Positions 28,121 through 39,813 of a stretch of DNA of 64,000 nt are shown here, one piece after another. The stretch is taken from assembly GCA_951406725.2 (NCBI GenBank), contig CATOCA020000001.1, positions 10,478,001-10,542,000 of the forward strand, written 5' to 3'. Both the position numbers and the translations under genes were made by a program. Position 1 is the first letter of the stretch. Every line of letters starts with the position of its first letter. The notes under the pieces are model-generated. The model did not search any database, was not told where the DNA came from, and saw only the letters and a program-made list of their open reading frames with translations. The DNA is from Octopus vulgaris. Taxonomy: Eukaryota.

Positions 28121-29022
28121 AAAAAACAACATATATAAACTTTATATATTTAAAACTGAGAATGTGTGTCTGTCTGTCTGTCTGTCTGTGTGTTTCCCTA
28201 AAACTTGAGAACTACACAACCAATTTCATTCAGATTTTACATATGCCTTACTTAGTGTCCGGGGAGTGTCATGGGCCAACGAAAATGTTCAACTTCTTGC
28301 CTAGAGCGAGCCCATAGCAATATCATATCTTCTCCACTATTTCAGTATTACGTGTTAAAAGTGAAACAAAAATAATTCTCTATTTTATGTCAGATGCTTT
28401 CATTTTAACAATAAAAATAATAATAACAATTGAATTATATGTAGTAAGTAATAATTAAAATCAAACTAAATTATAATATAATCGTAACATAACAAAAGGA
28501 AAAGTCGCAATTGGTATAAAATTGCATCAATGATTTGAACTAGAATAAGTGGTTTCACATGAATGGGAATTAAATTAAAAATAAAATTAGCGAGCAGAAA
28601 TGGAATAGTCCAGATGGATAGTAAAAAGTTAAATTAAAGAAAAGACTATTGTCTATAAAGTATAAAATGCAGAGAAATAAGAAGAGCTAAAAATTCCAGT
28701 CTGTTATATATTTTGAGTATTGTTATCACTAGCGATATCAAGATATAACTTTGTATTTTGCATTTTATGTGTAGATGTATATTTATAGATATAAATGTAA
28801 TATGTACACAAATATATACACATATATACATGCACTAGCACTATGACAACGGCAACGATGGGTCTTTAATGCTAGTGCAAAATAAATTTGGCGCTTCCAG
28901 TTTGATTTATGTCTCTGTCTTGCTTATATATTCTTGAAAGTCAGTACTATTCCAAATATAATTCCTTTGCTGTAATAAGTAAATGAACGTTCATATATAT
29001 ATATATATATATATACATAAAC

Positions 29023-29065
<43 letters not shown>

Positions 29066-29074
29066 TGATACATA

Positions 29075-29112
<38 letters not shown>

Positions 29113-29124
29113 TGATACATAAAC

Positions 29125-29157
<33 letters not shown>

Positions 29158-30012
29158 TATAAATATATATATCAACATACATCTACATATACATACATAT
29201 ACATATATCCATTCACACACACATAAATATGTGTGTGTGTGCGTGTGTGCGTGTGTGTATGTGCCTGTGTGTTTGTGTGTGTACAGATAATGAGTTTCTA
29301 TACAAGAGTACCGTGTTTTGGGATACCTGATATCACTTTCTGCTCCACTTGCTTAGGACAAACATTGTTCACCTGAAAATAGCTGCTTATTAAGGAGGAT
29401 TAATGACATTGAAATATCTTCAAATGTTTCCAGAATCATATCCTATTCTGATGAATTGTGATGTGGGGATTTAAGATTAAAGATTACCAGCAGCAACCTT
29501 TTAAAAAGAGAGCATGTGTATATTAATCCTACTTGATGTATTGTGACATGCGTTTATGGTTAGATGTTTGGAGACCAGCTTCATTGACATCAGAATGAGA
29601 AGAGGAGAAGAATGTTGATTAGAGAAATCTGCAGGTGATAAGACAAGGCCAAATCATTGATAGGGCTCCGACTGATGAAAGGGCAAATTAATCTAGGTGA
29701 TTATCAGTGTTTTCAAATGAAAATTAAAGAAGGTAATGATTAGATTATATAGATGTCTTAATAGGGTTATTGTTAGATTTTGTAGGATGCCATAATTGGG
29801 ATATATAGGAAGGTGAGTCTATTTAGTTGTGGACCTGGATATTGAGCTATTCCATGGTATTACTGTAGAAAGTATGAAAATGTCGACCCGAGCAGTACTG
29901 GTCACCAGCTGACCAGCAACGACGGGAATACCTCACAAGAATAAAATTTTGATTATTAAGAAATATAAAGATGTTTTTCTATGAAGGGTAAAATTTAGAA
30001 TATTTATTTCAG

Positions 30013-30063
30013 AGACGCCAGCACTTGTTGACAATGAAGTTCAAACAGAAGTAGAACCAGTTG
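30013..30063 (+). CDS. Phase 1-1 micro-exon, 51 nt (TPALVDNEVQTEVEPV)
   Basis: AG/GT intact; duplicate of 23983-24033 with one substitution (G>E). Confidence 0.75.
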
Positions 30064-30361
30064 GTGAGTATAAATCAACATTACCTTTTTGATTTCTATC
30101 AAGTTTGCCATTACCTCATCTACTTTATTAAGGTGGATACGTGAGAAGTAAATGAGATATGTAAGATGTCTTAATTGAGAGCGGAGATTTAGGAATGCCA
30201 ATCAATTTTGTGGAGGGCATAAATAATGGGCCCACTGTTGAAAGTATATAAATATTGACCGAAACCTGTGTGAACTCTTGATGATAGGAATCTCTCACAA
30301 TAACAGAATATAGATTATTGTAATGATAAAATGGTTTTAGTGTAAATAATATTTATTTCAG

Positions 30362-30415
30362 AGAATCTAAAGCTTGAAGGGAAATAAGTGCAGACGATGG
30401 TAGCAGAGCCAGTTG
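30362..30415 (+). pseudogene. Dead 54-nt exon cassette (NLKLEGK*VQTMVAEPV)
   Basis: AG intact, in-frame TAA (probably from CAA), donor ATaagtat. Confidence 0.65.
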
Positions 30416-31207
30416 ATAAGTATAAAATAACAGCCCACAAATGTCTATTTTGCCTTTGTTTCTATGGCTGCCTCATGTGTCGATAGAGAAAATGGTGAAA
30501 TACGACAGAGAGTGATCTGGGAGGGAGGGTTAGTTTATAAGTTTGTGAAAGGAAGTAGTAGAGGAAGGAGGAATGGTGGATATGTTTGGGAATGAGAAAC
30601 AGTAGGGCATCATATGTGCATGTAGGTACATGAGGGAGAATGGAAGAGAATGCGACATGTGCGGGGGAGGCATTGTTGGGGGACAAACAGGCGCTTATGC
30701 CCTTGATTTAGGTTGGTGGTTGTTCTCAAGCACAGCAAACTGCCAAGTGACTGTTAGGCTCAACATTTCAAGATCATTACTCACCATTTCGTCCCATTCT
30801 TCCTGGGAGTTCATTAGGGAAATCTGGAGGTGAGAGAACAATGCCATATCATAGACTGGGCTCCGATAGATGAAAGGGAAAATTAAGCTAAGAGATAATC
30901 AGTGTTATCAAGTGATAATTATATAAGATAATTATTAGATTATGTAGATATCTTAATAGAGTGATCTTAGATTATGTGGGATGTCTTAATATGGAGATAT
31001 ATGAAGGTTAGTCTATTTAGTGGTGGACCTGAATATTGAGTTATTACATGGTATCCCTATAGGAAGTATGAAAATGTTGACCCAAGCCGTAAGGGTCACC
31101 AGTTGACCATCAAGGACAGGAATGTCACAGAATAACAAAATTTTGATTATTAATTAAGATAAAGACATTTTTCTGTAAAGTGTAAAATTTAGAAAATTTT
31201 GTTTCAA

Positions 31208-31258
31208 TTACTTTAACGCTTGTTGACAATGAAGTCCAAACAGAGGTGGAGCCAGCTG
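31208..31258 (+). pseudogene. Exon cassette with acceptor AG>AA (TLTLVDNEVQTEVEPA)
   Basis: tttcAA acceptor, intact GTgagtat donor, open frame; an in-frame upstream AG at 31191-92 could substitute. Confidence 0.6.
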
Positions 31259-31789
31259 GTGAGTATAAATTGCCAATACCTTATTGATTTCGATCAATTT
31301 TACCATTATCCAAACAACTTTGTTTGACAGAATGACTGAGAACAAGTTCTTTTGCTACATTTATTTCGAATGGTTAGCTACACATTTTTTTTCTATTCTT
31401 GTACAACTACAGGAATATCCAAGAAATGGATTTTATAGTAAAGTGGAAGCATCAGATATTCTTCCACTCAGAAAAAAGGCGTCTCAAGATAAGGAGAAAT
31501 ATGCAAAAGATAAAATATAAACCCTTAAGCGGTTCTGTCCCTTTAAGGAGAATAAATACCGTCTGTCATCTCAATTTAGTCTCTCTCGTCCTCTCCCTTT
31601 TTCGCTCTCTTCCACTCCCTTTGTATACAACAAGCAGCAGCTCCTCTCGTTCCCAGTCAAGTAACCACATCAATTTGTTTTTTAAAATATTGTTATTATT
31701 GAAATTTAATAAAATGTCCACCAAGGTTATCGCTGTTGGCAAAATGGCTAAATTAGAAAACAGAATAGAGTTAATATTGTCCTTTGGGA

Positions 31790-32000
31790 AGGTGGTGAGC
31801 TGGCAGAAACATTAGAACGCCGGGCGAAATGCTTAGCTTTACTTCATCTGTCTTTACATCCTAAGTTCAAATTCCACCGAGGTCGATTTTGCCTTCCATC
31901 CTTTCGAGGCCGATAAATTGAGTACCAGTTGCGTACTGGGGTCGATCTAATCGACTGACTCCGTCGCCAAAAGATTCTGGCCTTGTGCCTAGAGTAGAAA
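31790..32000 (+). mobile_element. tRNA-derived SINE (related minus-strand copy at about 57120-57280; fragment at 62345-62450)
   Basis: ggtggtgagctggcagaa A-box-like head, gttcaaattcc B-box, agtaccagttgcgtactggggtcgat body. Confidence 0.7.
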
Positions 32001-34429
32001 ATGATATTGTCCTTTAGAATAGGAACTAAAAGGATTTTGTTGTTTAAAGGTAAACGGGTGATTTAATGACAAAGTGTTTGTTCGTTTTACATTTTTAGTA
32101 AGCTTACTGATTGATTATTGTTGTTGGTGCTTTTGCTTAACCAGATGTTATGGTGAAACTTGTTCCAATAGTGAACAGCCTGGTTTTTTTTCACTGTCAT
32201 TACGTCCACTATTCAACCATTACATCTATTCAATATTGCCTTTATTCAAGTAGAAGGCTGTTTTGCAGCTCAGACAAACTCTCTCTCTCTCTCCGCCTTT
32301 CTTTGTTTCTCTCTTTTTCTCTCTCTCTCTCTTTCTCGCTCCCTTTCACTATCTGCAAGTTTCAATACAGTAAATGATATCATCCTCTCCCTTTTATCAT
32401 CTGCTCTCTATGCTCCCATGTACTGGATGGGTGGTCACTGTCCATGTCATAACAGTAAACTACCCATAATGATTGCTTGAGGATTACCTCTCAATTAACC
32501 ATTCCAGCTTTTTCATGGTGGTATGCCCTTCTTATCACCAACCACTTTACAAAGGGTCCTGGGTGAATATAATTGTGGCACAAACACTACAAGAGATTGC
32601 CATGTCCTCGGCAAGATTAAACCTCCCTCTCAACCTTACGGTGTCAATTCTCATCCAACAACCACCTCCTAGTGTGTAGTGGGAGCATTTGATCATAGCA
32701 CCAGCATTAGTGAGGTTGTGTCACATTCCAAATTATTAGAAAGTTAGTCCTCACTACTCTATGATGTGTTTGTTCACTGATATGTTTAAGATGGGAGAAG
32801 AAGAGATTATAGAAGAATCGGAATGCAAAGACTAAAAGATACGAGACAATAAGGATAAAAAAAGTGATTCGAAGGAGCGGTGGAGGCTGACAACAGTAAA
32901 TGATGGAGACTGAGTTACAACGGTGTGTGAGGTACCAGAGTGCTTAATTATTTATTAACATTCCTTGGTTGCTCACTCTCACTGTTTCTCTTGCCCTCCT
33001 CCTCTCACTGGGTAATCATGTATGTCTTCTACTATAGGACACCTGTTTCAATCCCTCTGTCACAGTCGAACCTGTCATCCCCTGACACACGACCACCTCC
33101 TCCTCCAATGCTCTCCCTCTCAAAGGTTTTTTGTCTTGCAAGTTCTTTGGTGACCCCCACCAGTGCTTGTGGATCCAGACCCCACTGTAAGGTTGTTGGT
33201 GTTGGGAAGAGTATCCAGCTGTAAAATCCTGCCAAATCAGACAGTGAAGCCTGGTGCATTCTTCTCCCTAGCCAGCCCCTGACAAAACGTACAAACCCAG
33301 CCAGAATGGGGAACCGACGTTCAATGATGATAGTGGTAGTGATGGTAGGTAGCGATGGATACTAATTACTTGCAAATACATCAAAGTTATACATGTTAAA
33401 TTAGGAGATAGACTGACCAAATCTCAACTGAGATAATGGATAATTACAGGTTTCTGGATTGCCATAAATACTAGTAATTACTAAAAGATCACATGGGTAA
33501 TTACAGGGTTATATATTTCTGTGAATATTTTCATATATATCTGTATATTTGTAAAACACTAATTAGTATTTTAAATCAGAGCATTTAGAATTAGCCCAGC
33601 ATTAAGGAAGTGGAGTGCAGAAAGTTATTGACTATAAATTATCAATAATTATTCGTTATCTCTAAATCGGTAAAAGGCAATTTCTGTTTTGTTTATTCGA
33701 ATTTTATTTACCTCATTCATTCATAGAATTGGTGTTGGGGCTAATCTAATTTTTAACGTCTAACATGGGGTCAGGGAGAGAGAGAGAGCGAGAGAGAGAG
33801 AGAAAGAGAGAGATCATAAATCTTACGATTGGTCGTGTAATAGCTACTCAGGCCATATTTAGTACTCACATACATACACACACACATATATAACAATACG
33901 CAGCTGGTCACAGCCTCCGTAAAAAACACCCAGATCTAACCCGTCAAATATTCCATTCTTTCATCTTGTTAAACATCACAGAGTTAACTTACAAAATACA
34001 GTGTTTTGTTTTGTGGGGTGGAGTGTGGTAGCAGTCGGGATGCAATAAATTATTTCCTCATTGTTCAGTATGTGGTTGTACATGTGTAGACCTTCTAGTA
34101 TTAACCACAATTGAAGTGGTCAAGGTATACATAGCCAGATCATCATGGATATCGCTCTTCAGTAACAAACTCCGCTGGTGTATATCAGTGTTTTCAGCTT
34201 GTAACCCCACTGATGTCGCTATTTCCGTGTTTATCTACAATAAATGAAATGGAAAGTGTCTTGAAAATGGTGTGGTAGGAATGTTGTGCAATGTTTTCGT
34301 TAAATTGAGAAGATTTGATATTTTTTGTGACTCGAATTGCGTAGGAAGTTGCTGTTACAAATTAATATTACCCATTCATGTCTTTTGAAAATTTAATATA
34401 ATTTTATTTCTGTTGTTATTGTTATTCAG

Positions 34430-37306
34430 ATGATCACTACATGCAGATACCACGTTTTGACTGTAAAAGTATTATGAAGTCGCATTCATCCAAATTCCGT
34501 CCCCTTTGCCCAGCTGTGTCCAAAATATTGCAGCTCACAGACTCCGATAATGATTCCAAGAACCTGGTCACAGTTTCAAGAATCGTTGAAATCTGCAATG
34601 GAATAGTAACCTATTCACCAGATTTGAAGTTAATAAGTTGTGCCACAACAGGCGGTGATTTTGATTTTCATTGTTCTTCTAATGTCACAGACATGACAAG
34701 AATTGGTGAACACACTGTTCTAGCCACAATTCCTTTCCGCAAGAAAATAGTTTTCATTAATCCATCAAGTTTCCACATAAAATCTCTGGATTATAGTTTC
34801 TTTACAATTTCTATTTCGAACATTCTACATTTGTAGGGACTGAAATGTTTAGTAAGACAATATATCTCATAGACTGGGATAAAAATAAATTTGAAGAAAA
34901 ATTTAGTGTGCAAGAAATTGTTGGAAACATAGCAGTTGGTCCACAGTATCATATCTTAATAGCCTTAGCTAATATAAATAGAATTAGCTGTTACACAATA
35001 GATGGCAGACACTTGTTTCAGTTGAGGACCCATTCCATCGATATTCCAACCGACCTTACCGTATATCGAAATTATTCTTACGCTCTGCAAGGAAATGTAA
35101 TTTACAAGATTTCAGCAAACGGTGCTGTGTCCCAAAGAGAAATTGGGATAAAAGCTCGATATATTTGTGTGGCAACAAATAATATTTACTTGACTGACCG
35201 TTTTGGTCTTGTACATATTATTAGGACAAATAAAGATTTTTGGCCTCGGCTGTCTTACCATCACCAAGACCATGTCCCGAGCCTGATAAACCAAATCCAT
35301 ATTGATGACCCCTCCAACATTACAACGATTCTACCTATGTCAGCCTCTTCAGTAGTAATTATATATCGGGATCTAAAAGCTATATTAGTTACTGGCGAAG
35401 GGCAACCGTTTGGTGGAAAATGTTTAACCTTTAAACTCCAGCCTTCTGTTTTCTGCAGAGTGGATTCGAACACATTTATTGTCCTTTTTAGTGAGGACAG
35501 GAAACTTCAATATGTTACCTGTCCACAACTAACTGAAGGTGATTTAATAGACGTCGAAAACAATTACATTCAAATGTGTCATATGGTATCAAATAGGTGT
35601 TTGGCTCTGACCACCAATGAAGGTAACGTGGAGGTACATATTTTATTGATTAAAACGGATCATGTCGACATTGTAAACAGAATTTCATTGGAACATGACA
35701 ATGTCGCCATTGCTGCTACTCCAATTAATTTTGTAGTTGTAGACAGAAAGAAACGTAACTTGATATTTTATTCAAGCTTTGGTGAGGAGCTTTCCAAGAA
35801 ACACATTGAGTTCAATGGCTATCCTCATCATGTTTTCACAGACAAATTATACTTCTATGTTATCTTCAGGAGAGAGTCTTTGATGACTTGTTACAATATA
35901 ACTGGACAAAGGAAATGGCAGTTGAAACTTCCTTCAAACTTTCGCTGTCACGCTGCTGTTTTCCAAGGAACAGCTTATGTGCTGGACGATCTGCTCAGTC
36001 GGATTCTTCTTTACAAGTACCATGACTGGTCAGACTGTCATGTAACCTTTCAAAACCCTTATAATAAAAATCTAAATATTCGACTCGAAGAAAAGGAGAA
36101 TGACCAAGTTCTCATTGGTGAAATATGTCATCTGGCAAATGGACAGTTGGTGTTGTCCGACATATATAATGATTGTTTGTTATACATTTCCAACGAAGGG
36201 AACATTGTGTCTAGATTATCTCTGCCGTCTACAGCTACAGATATATGTCGATGGAATTATAATCAGATAGGCGTCACATTACCTCTAGAGAAGCAATTAC
36301 GGGTCTTCGGAAACGTATCAAAGACAGTTATATGTGTAGCATTAAACCAGGCTTATGTACGGGTGTGTAAGCTGGGTGAAAGTCATATTATTTGTTATTG
36401 CGATAAACCATCGCATTTAGATATTTTAAACATTAACAATTGTAATCAAGTTCAAATAATTCATAAAATTAATATTCCTTTTGTAATGAAATCATTATCG
36501 TTAGAAAATGAAACACTAAAACTATTGATTGTTGGTAAGAAAACAGTATTCTTCTACAAGATCACCAGGAGGAGGACGAGGGGGAGAAAGAGGAGGAGGA
36601 GAAGACGTGTTTTACCATCCCAAGTGAAAACACCCTCCAATCTCTATGGTTATGACGGTGGTCCTTATAGCATTGAGATGATACCCAATATTTTACTGTC
36701 GCAAGGGAAAACACAATCCAATCTCTATGGTGGACGTATTGATAAAATGTGTGTCCATTTGATAGACAACAGCCGCATGTTTGCTGTAAATGAGCATGAC
36801 TTGCTGGTGAAAGATCATGTCACAAGAAGCCAAATTAACATGTTCATCGATCTGGTAGATGTATTTTCTAGAAACATCAGTCTCAGTGAAATGTTGTCTT
36901 CTAGATTGTATCTACAAGATCTCACTGTTTCTGATAAAGCTCATGAAGTTGTTGTCCCTCAAAGTTTTGGAGATAAACATCCAGTGGAGATTGGTTGTTT
37001 GGTTATTACAGAAAATAACCTGGTTGCTTTATATGACAGCACAAATGAAAACATTAAGATATTAACTTTTGATGGTCAACTTGTTGACTCTATCAAGTTA
37101 AATGTTGTCCCTAGACATATGTGTTGCTGGCGATCAAACACATTGGTTATAACGACCAATAACTATCAACTTCTGACATTAAAAGTGGAATTCCCATTGG
37201 TCTTGGCAACTTACCACACGGAAAATAGATACAATTGTATCGCTTGTCGATCCGACAATCTACTGGTGTGTAGCAGCAGCAGCAGCAGCAGAAGCAGTAG
37301 TAGTAT

Positions 37307-37342
<36 letters not shown>

Positions 37343-39305
37343 CAGCAGTAATGTTGGTGGTGGTACCCGCATACCCGAAATTGAAAACGGCCTGTTTTAT
37401 ATATATATCGATGAAATACAGTCAGCTGTCCGTATTATGAGAGAAATAGACTTATTTTGGATGTGCTACAGATATAATATCACCCATATCTCAGTTATTG
37501 CTAATGACAACATCATCGTCAATACCGAGAGGCTCATCACTATTCTGAACCCGAACGGGCAATATTTATATTCATTTAAGCACAGTATTTATTCCCGACC
37601 CATTTCTATGGCAACCGATGATACTTATTTGTACATTACTGGACGGAAGAACATCTATGAAAACACGAAAAAGTATCGTATTGTCTCATTGTTGCAGAAC
37701 GGTGAATACAAGAGAATATTCTTAAATGAAAGACATTATAAACGTCCGTTGGATTTCAACAGTATTAACTGTAAAGGCCCGAGAATTGTTGCAAACTATG
37801 ACTCGTACTTATATATTGAAGGTTTGTACAAGATTAATCGGCAAAAATTCCCCGTTTCACGGTTACAAACAAACAATTGTCCTGTTCAAGTAAAAGATAT
37901 CGATATCTCTGATGAAGGAAAGACAGTTGTGTGCGAAATGGCCAATAGTGGAAATGTTAAACTATTTGATGATGACGGGAAGTTGCTATGTTACAGAGAT
38001 TTTGGAAGTTTTGTTGGTGGTGTATGTTTTACAGGAGAAAGAAATATCTTGGTCACAGTCCCTAACAGACAAGAAATATTTCAACTGAAGTCACAAAACT
38101 TGGAGAAATATAAAGTTTGGGAAAGTCGAGTACCTTATGGTATAATATGGAGAAAAGTGGGAAATATTTACTGGTGTGTACATATCAACATGATTGAATG
38201 TGATACTATAAAAATTGATGGGGACCAACTGAAGGTTCTGGAATCTATGTTGTTATCGAATATTGATTTTGGCCTTCATTTCCCTTCCATTACATCTCAG
38301 AAGAACAAGGGAATGTTCAGTAATGAATTATTTAACAAACTTAAAAACGGTGGCGATGGAGGAGAAAGAAGAAGTACATCAAGAGAAATAGAAGTAAGAC
38401 GTGGTAATTACATAGCGGAAAGTATGTTAGGAATTGATGAAATATCAGTGAGAAGACTGCCACATAGAACAGCAATGTTCCCGCTTTCATTTTCTCTGTC
38501 TGGTTTACTAGATTCAAATTCGATGTTTTGTTTTCTTAATGCTTTTAAGCTAATTATGTTACAAGACAATAGTATCGTCGTGCTCCTCCATAAATGTACT
38601 CTCATGGTCACCAGTGGAGACGGTCATCTGCTTTACAGTCAAACATTTGAAAAAGAAGCTCAAGATATATGTCAATGGACCGATGAATCATTTGTAGTCC
38701 TCTTTCGTGACGATAAACAACTGATGTTCTTCGATACAGATTTGTGTCTTTTAAAAAAGATCACAACTGAAAAACCATACAATTTAATGTACAAAAAGAA
38801 CGGCAAAAATCTGGTATGTGTGTTTGAAGACGCTCCAAATGAATGTAGTAATATTCCATATGTGACATACGCAGACATACTTCACATTGGCGGTGAAATG
38901 TACGAGTATAAGGGCCGAGTGAATTTAGGGAAGGAGGGGAAGGTTGTAGCAATGGGTGTGACATCGAATGAAGACATTGTCGTTCTTAAGTACAAGGAAG
39001 ATCATTACGATGTATGTTGGTACAGAGACAATTGGGTAAGAAGTCAACAACTAATGATTCAAGGTGAGGAACCATTTCCAAACATTTTCAACAAATCCTT
39101 GACCATCCACGGCGAAAATATTTACATATCAGATTTTAATAACAATATCCACCAAGTATCTGTAGACAGCAAATGCGAAATCTTTCTCAGCTCTCAGGAA
39201 ATTGAAGTCTGTCACATCAAGGCCATACATGTTTCGGATTATTTCATCATGATTTACGGAAATTTGGACAACCGTTTTGATGGATTATTTTATTATGAGA
39301 GATAA
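34430..39305 (+). CDS. Giant terminal exon encoding about 6 tandem NHL-like beta-propeller domains (TRIM/B-box-NHL-like C-terminal region); one frameshift at about 34797-34836
   Basis: Acceptor ttattcAG at 34428-29, phase 1 (xAT GAT CAC TAC ATG). Frame 1 is open to 34836; frame 3 is open from 34797 to TAA 39305 (1486-aa ORF). A ~270-aa unit recurs with blade motifs such as LVLSDIYNDCLLYISNEG..LPSTATDICRWNYNQIGVTLP, VALYDSTNENIKILTFDG..VPRHMCCW and EAQDICQWTDESFVVLF. Family call is by motif resemblance only. Confidence 0.8.
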
Positions 39306-39476
39306 GGCCCTATATTGAATCAATATATGTTACGAGCAATTGGCATTAGCAGCCTTTTGACTATATTTCTTTATTCGATGGGATGCTTCTGGAATAGTCA
39401 CACAAAATACGTAGGTTTTAACCTGGATCCTCGAACAAAGATAGTTACCATAATGATTCCTAATTAGTTAATTGAT

Positions 39477-39482
39477 AATAAA
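39477..39482 (+). promoter_or_regulatory. Candidate polyadenylation signal AATAAA
   Basis: 172 nt after the stop codon; a second AATAAA at 40288-40293 is followed by a T-rich stretch. Confidence 0.4.
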
Positions 39483-39813
39483 ATATTAATGAACTAGAAA
39501 CAGTGTATGTATTCCACTGGAATAGCGTTTCACCCCCCATCCACACACACACACACAATGACGACATTATCTGATTCAAATTGTTACTCTTATATGTTAA
39601 CAATCTTATAAAAGAAACACAAAACTCCATTTCAATTCTTATCTTTTCTCACCTTGTCGTCTTTCCTCTCAGCAAATCTTTCAAATGTTTTTTTTTCTTT
39701 ATTTGAATATATTTTATATATTTAACCCTAATTTAAAGATAATGCTTAATCTTAGAAAGTTTGTTTGAATTAATCACAAAATTATATTCATAAACCAATG
39801 CTCGAAATATATA

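Larger units (their letters stand above)
21829..30236 (+). repeat. 2.4-kb direct duplication (21829-24206 matches 27850-30236)
   Basis: Near-identical sequence including the Helitron-like insert, microsatellite and one exon. Confidence 0.9.

Noticed and set aside
34790-34836. Programmed -1 ribosomal frameshift
   Set aside because: No XXXYYYZ slippery heptamer or obvious downstream structure in the overlap; a simple indel is more parsimonious.
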